IMG/VR virus record: IMGVR_UViG_3300035014_000032
Coordinates: 1 to 39,400 of that record
DNA from: a virus
Lineage: Duplodnaviria; Caudoviricetes
Direction: 5' to 3' (one strand)
DNA length: 39,400 bases
The number at the start of each line of letters is the position of its first letter. Position 1 is the first letter of the stretch. The position numbers and the translations under genes were made by a program. The notes below the pieces were generated by a model. It ran no database searches, was not told the DNA's origin, and saw only the letters and a list, made by a program, of their open reading frames with translations. Of this stretch, positions 1 through 8,505 are shown one piece after another.

Positions 1-183
1 CGCCTGGCGGGCGAGCAACCGCTCCTGGAGGCCAAACATGCGCTCCAGCTTGTCCACGTCGATATTCGGGTCGCGGGCCGCCCGCTCGATGAAGGTCAGC
101 AGACCGCCGGCCAGATCAGAGGGGCGCGCCTCATCGAGAATGTCGCCGACCGTGCGGGTGGCGATGTTGGAAGGTGCGTTCAC
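1..183 (-). CDS. ERF-family ssDNA-annealing recombinase, 5' part (runs off the window)
   Basis: Manual translation from GTG at 183 (GTGA overlap): MNAPSNIA...FIERAARDPNIDVDKLERMFGLQERLLARQA, resembling ERF N-termini. Absent from the ORF track because no stop is in the window. Confidence 0.65.
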   Translation of the reverse strand, partial: MNAPSNIATRTVGDILDEARPSDLAGGLLTFIERAARDPNIDVDKLERMFGLQERLLARQA

Positions 184-404
184 GAGAAAGCTCCCAGAAG
201 ATAGAGGACCGGCAGCGAGGCGGCGACGCCTGCGAAGAAGCCCGCGCACCAGGCCGGCATGGGCGCGCCCAGCACGATCGGGTTCCCCACGTCCTGCAAT
301 GGTGCGTCTGCCCGCTCCCGCTGCATGTCGGTCATGTGAGACGGGTTGAAGTGATTGCGTCCGATAAGGGTGACGCGGCGAGGGGCGACGTAGGGGCGGT
401 TCAT
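180..404 (-). CDS. Small protein with hydrophobic C-terminal helix
   Basis: ATG at 404 overlaps the MTase stop (ATGA); C-terminus WCAGFFAGVAASLPVLYLLGAFS. Confidence 0.6.
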   Translation of the reverse strand: MNRPYVAPRRVTLIGRNHFNPSHMTDMQRERADAPLQDVGNPIVLGAPMPAWCAGFFAGVAASLPVLYLLGAFS

Positions 405-1096
405 GCCGCAGCTCCAAACAAGGAACCTTGGCGCTGAGCGTCTTCGATGCGGCGGCAAGCGATGTCGAAGTAGGCGGGCACCTTCTCGATCCCGACAAAG
501 CAACGGCCTGTTTGCACGGCGGCAATCCCGATTGAGCCGCTCCCGAGAAACGGATCAAGGATCAGCTTGTCCTCTGGGATAAAGCCTAACGCCCACGTCA
601 TGAGCGGCACCGGCTTTTGCGTCGGATGCTCACGTTTCACGCCGCTGTTGATCGCGCCGAAGCCAACCCAATCGTGGCGGAAGATACGCACTGCTCCCGG
701 CAGGTTGGTCCATGCCAACTCGCAATCGGCAAAGCTGGATTTATCCGCGCCCTTCTTGTGCCAAACCAACCAACAAGGACTGTCGAGCGGAAGACGTGAA
801 ATGAAGTGGTTCGCCCCCCAAATAATCTGACGCCGAGACATTTCCCGCAACGTGTCAAACACCTCCTTTTCAGGAGCGGATCGGTCCCACTGATGGTCCT
901 CGTAACCCTCTGGCTCGCCAAAGCCTTTCGCTGCCGAGGCCGGGCCATAGCGACGCTTTCCGCCATGCTCACCGATCCCGTATGGAGGGTCCGTCAACAC
1001 CGCGTCGACCTTGCCGAGCATCGGCAGAACCTCGCGGCAATCCCCCAGGTACAGGGTCGCGTTGCCGATCACCTCTTTGCGCTGCCACTCACCCAT
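401..1096 (-). CDS. DNA N6-adenine/N4-cytosine methyltransferase, beta class
   Basis: LYLGDC, catalytic TDPPY, HPTQKP, then SAM-binding DPFLGSG; GGAGGA SD before ATG 1096. Confidence 0.92.
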   Translation of the reverse strand: MGEWQRKEVIGNATLYLGDCREVLPMLGKVDAVLTDPPYGIGEHGGKRRYGPASAAKGFGEPEGYEDHQWDRSAPEKEVFDTLREMSRRQIIWGANHFISRLPLDSPCWLVWHKKGADKSSFADCELAWTNLPGAVRIFRHDWVGFGAINSGVKREHPTQKPVPLMTWALGFIPEDKLILDPFLGSGSIGIAAVQTGRCFVGIEKVPAYFDIACRRIEDAQRQGSLFGAAA

Positions 1097-1316
1097 TGCT
1101 CTGTCCTCCATTGGTGCGGGCGCCATCGCGCTCGATCGCAGCGAGATATTCGCGGTCTGCCTCCGTCTCTTCCGACACAGGCTTGGTAATGATGGCCCAC
1201 AGGCGGGCGTCGGGCTGGCGGGCGGTTGTCGCCACAGGCTCAAGCGTTGCCATGTGTCGCCGGTGATGATCGCGGGCGTAGGCGGTCATCTCTGCGAAGA
1301 TTGGATCGTGGCGCAT
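1089..1316 (-). CDS. Hypothetical phage protein
   Basis: TGATG overlap with upstream gene; MRHDPIFAEM... Confidence 0.6.
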   Translation of the reverse strand: MRHDPIFAEMTAYARDHHRRHMATLEPVATTARQPDARLWAIITKPVSEETEADREYLAAIERDGARTNGGQSNG

Positions 1317-1564
1317 CAGCGAACGCTCCCGTACTTCGCGAACGTCTCGTAATGCTGGCGTGACGATCCCTGATAAGTCAGGGTGTCGTTCTTCCGCTTG
1401 TAGATGATGTGCGTGGACGGACGGGTCGTGTCTTTCGGCACCCACATGCGGTAGCGCACCACCTCGTAGGGGTTGGTCAGTTCGACCAGCGTGGCGTTGT
1501 TTCGTTCAAGCCACTGGAGAAACAGATCGCGCTTGAAGTCGCGCAGAAAGTGAGGGGCGCTCAT
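1316..1564 (-). CDS. Hypothetical phage protein
   Basis: ATGA overlap; MSAPHFLRDFKRDLFLQWLE...TNPYEVVRYR. Confidence 0.7.
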   Translation of the reverse strand: MSAPHFLRDFKRDLFLQWLERNNATLVELTNPYEVVRYRMWVPKDTTRPSTHIIYKRKNDTLTYQGSSRQHYETFAKYGSVR

Positions 1565-1860
1565 GCTGCCATCTCCTGCTTTGCATGACGCCGCGCCGAT
1601 GCCTCGCAGTCGTAAACCGCAGGGGAGAGGCCGTTCGCACCCCACTTGCCGAGCAAGGTGTCCACGATCGCGTCACGGGTGAGTTCGTGTGCCGTGCTGC
1701 CAGCCCAGCGCATGTCGCGCTCAAGCTTGACGCGGTACTGCCGGGTAAGCTCCAGCGTCGGTGCAAAGTCCGTCCACGCTGCTGCGTGATCCAGTACAGC
1801 CAGAAGCTCGGTGGATAGCGCCTGCCAGCGGGCGAGGGGTGAGGTGGCCGCCAGCATCAC
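1561..1860 (-). CDS. Hypothetical phage protein
   Basis: Coupled start and stop overlaps on both sides. Confidence 0.65.
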   Translation of the reverse strand: MMLAATSPLARWQALSTELLAVLDHAAAWTDFAPTLELTRQYRVKLERDMRWAGSTAHELTRDAIVDTLLGKWGANGLSPAVYDCEASARRHAKQEMAA

Positions 1861-2033
1861 AGCGTCACCATTTCGGCTAGCTGCTCATCGATCAGCTCAC
1901 GCGCCTCAGCCTCGCTGTTCGCGTAGCCGTAGCGATCGTCACCAGGACCATCGAAGTCCTTGTGCTCGAAGTAGATCGGGGGAGCGGGGGGATAGGCTGG
2001 GCGGATGACGTAGCCGCGGTAAGAGGTCGTCAT
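1857..2033 (-). CDS. Hypothetical phage protein
   Basis: ATGA overlap; MTTSYRGYVIRPAYPP...HKDFDGPGDDRYG. Confidence 0.65.
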   Translation of the reverse strand: MTTSYRGYVIRPAYPPAPPIYFEHKDFDGPGDDRYGYANSEAEARELIDEQLAEMVTL

Positions 2034-2350
2034 GCGCCCTCTCCGATCAGGTCTGCGTCGTTGGCGAGCAGCTCGTCCATCGCGGCGCGGCGGGTGCCGA
2101 CAACATCGCCAAGCGTGCACAAATCGCTGGTGGCGGTGCCACGATTACGCTCAGCATTTGCCGTCGCGATAGCCGCGCCAAGTGCTTCCTCGGCGGTTGC
2201 GCCGTTACCCGATGTGCACCGGCCACCATAATGCGCGTTGGCGCTTACGAACGGGCGGCCGGTTTTTGCTCCGATGTGAAACTGCACGGATACGCAGTTG
2301 AGGTCGTGCTCGACGCAGAGATCGCGGAGCTGTTCGGCGAGTGTCGCCAT
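2030..2350 (-). CDS. Hypothetical phage protein
   Basis: GAGGAG SD upstream of ATG 2350. Confidence 0.7.
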   Translation of the reverse strand: MATLAEQLRDLCVEHDLNCVSVQFHIGAKTGRPFVSANAHYGGRCTSGNGATAEEALGAAIATANAERNRGTATSDLCTLGDVVGTRRAAMDELLANDADLIGEGA

Positions 2351-2382
2351 GTCTCGTCTCCTCTAGGGAGTGTGGGGGAGGG

Positions 2383-2934
2383 TCAGGCTGCTTTGCGATC
2401 GGCGAGTGCGGCTTCGATGGCCGGCAGCGCACTCAGCAGATAAAGCGCATCTTCAATCTCGCTGTCTTCGAGATGCGGCCCGCTGCGGATACGGTCGCGG
2501 AGAGTGCGGGTCAGGCCGATGCTACACACGATAGAACCGTGACGCGGACCCATGCCGTATTCACAGTCGGTGCGCTGGTCGCCAAAGCCATCGTAATTCT
2601 TGACGCCAAAATAGCGGCTTGCAATCCGCTCGCCACCAAGCGCCAAATCGGCTTTTGCTTCGGCCAGCATCGCAGCACGAATGCCCGCGCCGTTACCATC
2701 GAAGCCGCGCCGCACGTCTGACACCCGGCCCCGCACATCAATGATGGCACGACCGCGCTCGGCGCGCTCCAAATCAATGCCGGCGACGATCAACGCTTCG
2801 TCGTTGTTCAGCTTGACAAGAGCGGCCGTGCTTGCGGCCATGTACTGATTGTGAGCCTTGACCCGCTCTGCACGCTGAACCTCAAGCTCCGCGCGCTTAC
2901 CGATGATTGACTGAAGCGTCTGCGCTGTCGCCAT
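2383..2934 (-). CDS. First gene of early-left operon, unknown function
   Basis: 183-aa ORF directly downstream of the OL/pL region. Confidence 0.75.
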   Translation of the reverse strand: MATAQTLQSIIGKRAELEVQRAERVKAHNQYMAASTAALVKLNNDEALIVAGIDLERAERGRAIIDVRGRVSDVRRGFDGNGAGIRAAMLAEAKADLALGGERIASRYFGVKNYDGFGDQRTDCEYGMGPRHGSIVCSIGLTRTLRDRIRSGPHLEDSEIEDALYLLSALPAIEAALADRKAA

Positions 2935-2989
2935 CGTTCGTCCCCATCCATCTCGACAGAGGCGATGTGCCGCTGTCTGGTGTGGGGAC

Positions 2990-3053
2990 GTTATGTGCGA
3001 CTAATTCGTACGCGTCAACGACTTTTTCGCACAGAGAGCGATTTTATCGTACG
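2990..3053 (-). promoter_or_regulatory. OL region: three operators and pL
   Basis: TGTGCGA-CTAAT-TCGTACG (2994-3012), TCAACGA-CTTTT-TCGCACA (3015-3033), AGAGCGA-TTTTA-TCGTACG (3035-3053). Minus-strand TTGACG at 3018-3013; exact -10 uncertain. Confidence 0.8.
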
Positions 3054-3805
3054 CGATAGCGCCGTTGGCTAAGTCCGGCCGGCGCAAGATCGATCTTCGC
3101 GGAGAGAACGATGCCAATAACCCGAACTTCGTCGTCGGTTATCTCGGTCGAGTCTGAGGCGGGCACGCGGATCGGCTCCTGAAACTCAGGCTCGAAGGAC
3201 TCGCAGCGCAGCAGCCACGACCCGTCATCTCCCTTATCCAGCCGCTTGCACGTCATCTCGGTGAGGTCGTGAGCTGTGCGCTCCACAATGACCAGATCAC
3301 CTATTTTTGGCTCCACCGGCGAGAACTTGACCCACATGCACTCTAGGTCTGCGCCAGGCGGGATGGTCCGGTTCATGGACAACCCCTCCATGCGCACGCC
3401 GAAGCGTTTAGCGCCGGGCACCTTGGAAGGGCCGAACCTCACGTCATAGCGCTCGCTGGCAGCCCAATCGCTCTGGGCGCGCCACACACCAGCTTGCACA
3501 GCGCCATTCACCTCTACCCACTCGTCCGCATCGGGATCGCGAACGGGTTTGCGGATCGGCTCGACGTTCAGTTCGCCCGTAATTCCTGCGAGCTGCATGA
3601 TCTCCGCGCGATCGACGCCTAGCGGCTCCAGCACCTCCGCGATCTTTTTCGTGAGATCCAGCGGCAGGATCGGCTTCTTGAACTTTAGCGCCGTTTCGTA
3701 CGTCGCATAAGTGGAAGGCTGCATGCTCAGCGCCGCAGCCATCCCGCGTGATGACAGGCCGGCGCTCATGCGCAGACGCTTCAAGCGGTCGGTTACGGGT
3801 TCCAT
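3044..3805 (-). CDS. cI: CI-like repressor (XRE HTH plus S24 autopeptidase)
   Basis: HTH LSSRGMAAALSMQPSTYATYE; AG cleavage site (VQAGVW); GLSMN serine; TCKRL lysine; divergent from a Cro-like gene. Confidence 0.9.
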   Translation of the reverse strand: MEPVTDRLKRLRMSAGLSSRGMAAALSMQPSTYATYETALKFKKPILPLDLTKKIAEVLEPLGVDRAEIMQLAGITGELNVEPIRKPVRDPDADEWVEVNGAVQAGVWRAQSDWAASERYDVRFGPSKVPGAKRFGVRMEGLSMNRTIPPGADLECMWVKFSPVEPKIGDLVIVERTAHDLTEMTCKRLDKGDDGSWLLRCESFEPEFQEPIRVPASDSTEITDDEVRVIGIVLSAKIDLAPAGLSQRRYRVR

Positions 3806-3813
3806 GCGGCCAT

Positions 3814-3881
3814 AGAGCGATAACTTCGTGCATTGTCTGTACGAAAAACCCGTTGCGTTCTGTGCGATTAAGTCGTACATA
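3814..3881 (+). promoter_or_regulatory. OR region: three operators and pR
   Basis: AGAGCGA-TAACT-TCGTGCA (3814-3832), TGTACGA-AAAAC-CCGTTGC (3838-3856), TGTGCGA-TTAAG-TCGTACA (3861-3879). TTGCGT-N17-TACATA at 3853-3881. Confidence 0.8.
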
Positions 3882-3889
3882 GCTTAGAC

Positions 3890-4126
3890 ATGAGCAAAGC
3901 GACAGACCTTTTTGCCAAGCTAGGAGGCACCCGCGCAATGGCGGACCTTCTTGGCGAGCCGCCTTCAACGGTCCAAAGCTGGAAGTCCGCGGGCCGCATT
4001 CCCTCCCAAAAGCAGCCGTTGGTTATCCAGCGCGCCAGCGCAGCGGGCATCACCGTGACTGCCGACGATGTGGTTTGGCCGCTCGGCAAACGCCCGGTCG
4101 CCAAGCGCACGCAGGTGATGGCATGA
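3890..4126 (+). CDS. cro: Cro-like regulator
   Basis: 78 aa, LGGTRAMADLLGEPPSTVQSWKSAGRIP HTH, divergent from cI. Confidence 0.85.
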   Translation: MSKATDLFAKLGGTRAMADLLGEPPSTVQSWKSAGRIPSQKQPLVIQRASAAGITVTADDVVWPLGKRPVAKRTQVMA

Positions 4127-4581
4127 GCTTGATCGAAGCGCTCGTTGCGTCCTGCGGTATTACCGCCGGGTTTATCGCCTTCGCCAGCGTTCCTTGGTGG
4201 ATAGGCAGCCCCCGCCTTTTGCGTGTCTTCGGGCGTGTTCACCCCGCCGCTGATCTTTGCGTTCGATTGTTCGACATGCGCCTCGGCTGGCGAGAATCCC
4301 CTTCCGGCAGCACTTTTGACCACGAGGGCGGTGTGCACATTCATCGCCGTTATGACGGCAATGTTCGCAGCCTGTCGTTTGGCACTGCGGAAATTCCGCT
4401 CAATGCGGCCTCGCGCGCTGCACTGACGCTGGCAATCCGCCGTTATAAGAAGGCGCAGGCTCGTCACGCTGCAATCCGCACAGCGGCCGACGCAGAAGCA
4501 GCCACTGCGGCTTTCGCGTTGCGTGTTGCGGACATGTACAACCCCGACAAGGTCGTGCCGTTCAAGGGTCGTGCAGCATGA
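4123..4581 (+). CDS. Hypothetical protein with N-terminal hydrophobic segment
   Basis: ATGA overlaps at both ends. Confidence 0.65.
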   Translation: MSLIEALVASCGITAGFIAFASVPWWIGSPRLLRVFGRVHPAADLCVRLFDMRLGWRESPSGSTFDHEGGVHIHRRYDGNVRSLSFGTAEIPLNAASRAALTLAIRRYKKAQARHAAIRTAADAEAATAAFALRVADMYNPDKVVPFKGRAA

Positions 4582-5360
4582 CCGCCCCCGGCTTCACCGC
4601 ACACGGCAAAACGGATGGTGGCGCTCGTCCGCGCATCCTTGACCTGTTCTGCTGCGCTGGCGGGGCAGGGATGGGCTATCATCAGGCGGGTTTTGAGGTG
4701 GTCGGCGTCGATATTCGCCCGCAGCCGCGATACCCATTCCAATTTATCCAGGCCGACGCGCTCCAGTGGCTGCGTGACGCTATTGTCACGGGCAACATCA
4801 ACTGGTTCGACGCGATCCACGCAAGCCCGCCGTGCCAAGCGCACACGGCCATGAAGACCATGCACAACGCGCGTGAGCATGAAGACCTGGTGCCGGAAAC
4901 GCGCGACTTGCTCAAGGCGTCCGGTCTGCCGTGGATCATGGAGAACGTGGTCGGTGCGCCGATGATCGCTCCCGTCATGCTTTGCGGCACGATGTTCGGG
5001 CTGGGCGTGGAAGACGCCGATTTGCAGCGCCACCGCCTGTTCGAGTGCAGCCATCCGCCCGCGCTGATCCCGCAATGCCAGCACGGACAGCGCGACACGA
5101 TCGGGGTCTACGGCGGGCACGTTCGCAACCGTCGCCGCGCTCGCACGATCGGGGTTTATGGCGAAGGCGCGCGGGACAGTAGGCGTAAGTTCGACAAAGG
5201 CGTGCCCGACTTCACGGTCGAACAGGCGCGTGAGGCAATGGGCATCGACTGGATGACCTTGGCGGAACTCTGCCAAGCCATACCGCCCGCCTACACCAAG
5301 TTCCTGGGCGAGCATCTGCTCAATCATGTGCGTGCTCCATCCATGGAAGCAGCAGCATGA
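4578..5360 (+). CDS. DNA cytosine-C5 methyltransferase (short phage type)
   Basis: DLFCCAGGAG (motif I), SPPCQ (IV), ENV (VI), QRHRLF (VIII), QAIPP (X). Confidence 0.9.
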   Translation: MTAPGFTAHGKTDGGARPRILDLFCCAGGAGMGYHQAGFEVVGVDIRPQPRYPFQFIQADALQWLRDAIVTGNINWFDAIHASPPCQAHTAMKTMHNAREHEDLVPETRDLLKASGLPWIMENVVGAPMIAPVMLCGTMFGLGVEDADLQRHRLFECSHPPALIPQCQHGQRDTIGVYGGHVRNRRRARTIGVYGEGARDSRRKFDKGVPDFTVEQAREAMGIDWMTLAELCQAIPPAYTKFLGEHLLNHVRAPSMEAAA

Positions 5361-5554
5361 CCGCCGCAGCCCTTCTCACCGGCCTTGCCTACGGTCTGCT
5401 GTGGCTGTTCGCTGGTCTGATCGTCGCCCTCATTCTCGGCGCCTGCACCCCTCACACTGATCGCAACCGCGACAGCGAAGAGAGCGAGGCTCAACCAATC
5501 GGCGAAACGGGGCGCATTTCCTTCTTCCATGTCGTCGGAGATACTGATGTCTGA
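5357..5554 (+). CDS. Small membrane protein
   Basis: ATGA overlap; hydrophobic N-terminal helix. Confidence 0.55.
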   Translation: MTAAALLTGLAYGLLWLFAGLIVALILGACTPHTDRNRDSEESEAQPIGETGRISFFHVVGDTDV

Positions 5555-6050
5555 CAACACTGTCGTTTCGGCAGAGACCGGGACACCAAAACCGCAGAAT
5601 ACGTATTTGAGCAAAGCGCAGGTCCACGCCAAGCTGATGCGCGGCTGGGCACGCGGCATCGACAAGCACGGCAAGGGCGCGTTCGCCGACAAGATCGGTG
5701 TGTCGTCGCCAGCGCTCGACAAGCAGCTTTCCGGCTCGATGCCTGGGTTCGACGTGATCGACGCCGCGCTCGATGCCGAGCCTTCGGTGCTAGACGATTA
5801 CATCGCCGCCAAGGGCAAGCGGCTGGTCGATCAGGATGCCGTCTGTGACGTGGACGACATCGGCCTGCTGCTTTCGCGCCTGCTGGTGATGATAAACGAG
5901 GCAGAGCATCCCGAAGGTCCGGGTGGCCGCGCGATCGTGCCGCAGGAATACCTCGCTGGCGAAAAGCTAATGCGGCAGGTGCACCAGGTATCGGCACAGT
6001 GGCTTGAGAAGTGTGCGCAGATCCGTCGCCCGGTGGGAGTGGCGGCATGA
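5547..6050 (+). CDS. HTH protein, CII-like position
   Basis: GGAG SD; GKGAFADKIGVSSPALDKQLSG resembles an HTH. Confidence 0.6.
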   Translation: MSDNTVVSAETGTPKPQNTYLSKAQVHAKLMRGWARGIDKHGKGAFADKIGVSSPALDKQLSGSMPGFDVIDAALDAEPSVLDDYIAAKGKRLVDQDAVCDVDDIGLLLSRLLVMINEAEHPEGPGGRAIVPQEYLAGEKLMRQVHQVSAQWLEKCAQIRRPVGVAA

Positions 6051-6256
6051 GCATCCTCGCAGAGCTCGCCCACGTGAAGGCGCTTTTTCAGGCCCGCACG
6101 ATCGCCGCTGTCATCGGCGCAGAGCCGCCGCGGCCGGAGGACTTCGGTATCAACGCAGCCCTCGCTGATCGCAAAGCCAATCGCCCCGCGCTCAAGGCGC
6201 AAGCACGGTCTGACGCTGCAAAGCGCGGCTGGATCAGCCGGAGGGCAGGGGCATGA
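6047..6256 (+). CDS. Hypothetical basic protein
   Basis: ATGA overlap; MSILAELAHV...AAKRGWISRR. Confidence 0.6.
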   Translation: MSILAELAHVKALFQARTIAAVIGAEPPRPEDFGINAALADRKANRPALKAQARSDAAKRGWISRRAGA

Positions 6257-6564
6257 GAAAGCCATCCGACCGCATGCTTCGGCTTCTGCTGAAGGACCGC
6301 GGCGCCAAAGCTGTCGCAACGATCCTCATCAAGCGCGGGTACGAAGCTGAGCCCCGCCTCCTGCGCGACATTCGAGCGTCCATGGTGAAAGACGGCGAAG
6401 CCCGCCCGCTTCACAATGCCGCGCGCTGTCAAGAGGTGGTCCCGATCGCGGTGCCGGAGGTGGAGGCATCCCGCTCGCTGCTGCGGCTTCAGCTCACCAC
6501 GGGCCAGCATTCGATCAGTGACCCGCGGCGCATCGCCGACCTGCTGCTGGACCTCGCAGCATGA
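6253..6564 (+). CDS. Hypothetical protein
   Basis: ATGA-coupled 103-aa ORF. Confidence 0.65.
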   Translation: MRKPSDRMLRLLLKDRGAKAVATILIKRGYEAEPRLLRDIRASMVKDGEARPLHNAARCQEVVPIAVPEVEASRSLLRLQLTTGQHSISDPRRIADLLLDLAA

Positions 6565-6701
6565 TCCCCGCGCCCTGCCTCATCGTCCGCACCTCCAGCG
6601 GCATCACTCGCAAGATCGAAGCGCTCAAGCCTGTTCGTGTCCCCAGCCTCGCTGTGTGGAACGCGCAGGTTCGCGCATGGAACGGGAGCCCGGCTGCATG
6701 A
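6561..6701 (+). CDS. Hypothetical 46-aa protein
   Basis: Manual translation MIPAPCLIVRT...; ATGA overlaps at both ends. Confidence 0.5.
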   Translation: MIPAPCLIVRTSSGITRKIEALKPVRVPSLAVWNAQVRAWNGSPAA

Positions 6702-7126
6702 CGTTCGACCTCCCCATGCCACCGACGACGAACAAGCTGTTCGCCGATGTCATCGTAAAGGGGCGCGTCCGCCGCATCACCACGCGCGAATACAAGGCGT
6801 GGAAGGCTACGGCCGCAGAAGCCTTGCAGCGTCAGTACGCGGCGATGGGCGCGCCATCTGTGCACCGCCCCGTCGCCGTCACCTTGCGGGTCGGCCTGAG
6901 CTACATCGGCGACATCATGAACCGCGAGAAGGCCATCACGGATCTTCTCTGCGACGTGATCGACATGCCCGACGATCGCTACATCGACCGATACGTGGTC
7001 GAGCGCGACCGCAGCGTTGAGGGCACGATCGTCACCGTCGAAGGCAGCTACGCCGGCGAGGCACGCCCCATTGGCGAGATTATCAAGCCGATCATGCAGC
7101 GCTTGGCAGAGGGGCAGGGAGAATGA
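6698..7126 (+). CDS. rusA: RusA-like Holliday junction resolvase
   Basis: LPMPPTTNKLF N-terminus, DIMNREKAITDLL and DDRYI motifs. Confidence 0.7.
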   Translation: MTFDLPMPPTTNKLFADVIVKGRVRRITTREYKAWKATAAEALQRQYAAMGAPSVHRPVAVTLRVGLSYIGDIMNREKAITDLLCDVIDMPDDRYIDRYVVERDRSVEGTIVTVEGSYAGEARPIGEIIKPIMQRLAEGQGE

Positions 7127-8505
7127 GCCTGGCCGCAGTCGAGCCTATGGCGCTCGCCAACATCGAAACCGAATATGTGCTGCTCGCAACCTTGCTGTTC
7201 GACAGCAAGCGGGTCGACGTGGTTGCTGATCGCATCACTGGCGCCGACTTTGCGGACCCATTCTTCGGCCGTGTCTTTGATTTGATCGTGCGGGAGCATG
7301 GGCAGGGGAAGCCGGTGAGCGCCCTCACCATCCGCCCATTTCTGGAAGCTGATCCTGGCTATCAGGAGCTAGGCGGGACGAAGTGGCTTGCTGGCATCGC
7401 CAGCGCGGCCGCGGGCGTGGTCAACGCCAAGTTGGCAGCGGGGCAAATCGCCGATCTGGCAAAGCGCCGCCGCCTAATGGAGGCGCTGCGCGATACCCTT
7501 GTGGTCGGGGCTGACCTGTCACAGCCAATTGGTGCGGTGGTGGATGCTGCCGACGCGGCAATCCTAGGTGCCACAGAGACGATCAGCACGGCAAACGTCG
7601 TGACCGGCGCTGAAGCCATGGCGATGCTCCTGAAGGCGTCGGAAACGCGGCAGCGCAGCATCCGCTCGCACGTCATCCGATCGCTGGATGATCTGCTCGG
7701 CGGTATGCGGCCGCGCCAGCTTGTCATTGGCGCCGGTCGCCCCGGCATGGGCAAGACCGCGGCCGCGCTATCCTACGCGCTCGGCGCTGCGCAGGCGGGG
7801 CATGGCGTGCTGTTCGTCAGCTTGGAAATGGGCGCGGCCGAGCTGAGCGCCCGCATCGCTGCCGACCTCGCCTTTGACGGCCGGGGAGGGGTGCCCTTCT
7901 CCGATATCAACAGCGACCAGCCCAACCATGCTGCCCGGCAGGCCATGGGCAACGCGATGGCCATGCTGGAAGACATGCCGCTGCACATAGTGGACGCCGG
8001 CAGCCTTACCCTTGGCCGGCTCGACATGATCGTGCGCCGCTACCGTCGCCGCCTCGCCGCGCGCGGGCAGTCGCTGGATCTGGTGGTGGTCGATTACCTT
8101 CAGCTTCTCCGTACCGACGACAAGAAGCAGTCTGCTTACGAAACCGTCAGCGAGATCAGCCGGCGCCTGAAGGCCATGGCGAAGGATCAGGACGTGTGCG
8201 TGTTCGCGCTCGCACAGCTGAGCCGCGACGTCGAGAAGCGCGAGGACAAGCGGCCGCATCTCTCCGACCTGCGCGACAGCGGCCAGATCGAGCAGGACGC
8301 CGACGCCGTGCTATTCCTGTACCGGCACGAATATTACGTCCGGCAGGCTGAGCCGAAGCAGGGTGACCCGTCCTACCGTGACTGGGAGGCGATGCTGGCC
8401 GATTGCTCCGGCCTCATCGACTTCATCTGCGCCAAACGCCGCAACGGCATCACCGGGACGGCTACAGGGCAGTTCCACGGTGCCTATCAGGCTGTCCGGG
8501 GATGA
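7123..8505 (+). CDS. dnaB: Replicative DNA helicase, DnaB family
   Basis: GRPGMGKT Walker A, SLEM, VVDYLQL, LAQLSR, DLRDSGQIEQDAD. Confidence 0.95.
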   Translation: MSLAAVEPMALANIETEYVLLATLLFDSKRVDVVADRITGADFADPFFGRVFDLIVREHGQGKPVSALTIRPFLEADPGYQELGGTKWLAGIASAAAGVVNAKLAAGQIADLAKRRRLMEALRDTLVVGADLSQPIGAVVDAADAAILGATETISTANVVTGAEAMAMLLKASETRQRSIRSHVIRSLDDLLGGMRPRQLVIGAGRPGMGKTAAALSYALGAAQAGHGVLFVSLEMGAAELSARIAADLAFDGRGGVPFSDINSDQPNHAARQAMGNAMAMLEDMPLHIVDAGSLTLGRLDMIVRRYRRRLAARGQSLDLVVVDYLQLLRTDDKKQSAYETVSEISRRLKAMAKDQDVCVFALAQLSRDVEKREDKRPHLSDLRDSGQIEQDADAVLFLYRHEYYVRQAEPKQGDPSYRDWEAMLADCSGLIDFICAKRRNGITGTATGQFHGAYQAVRG

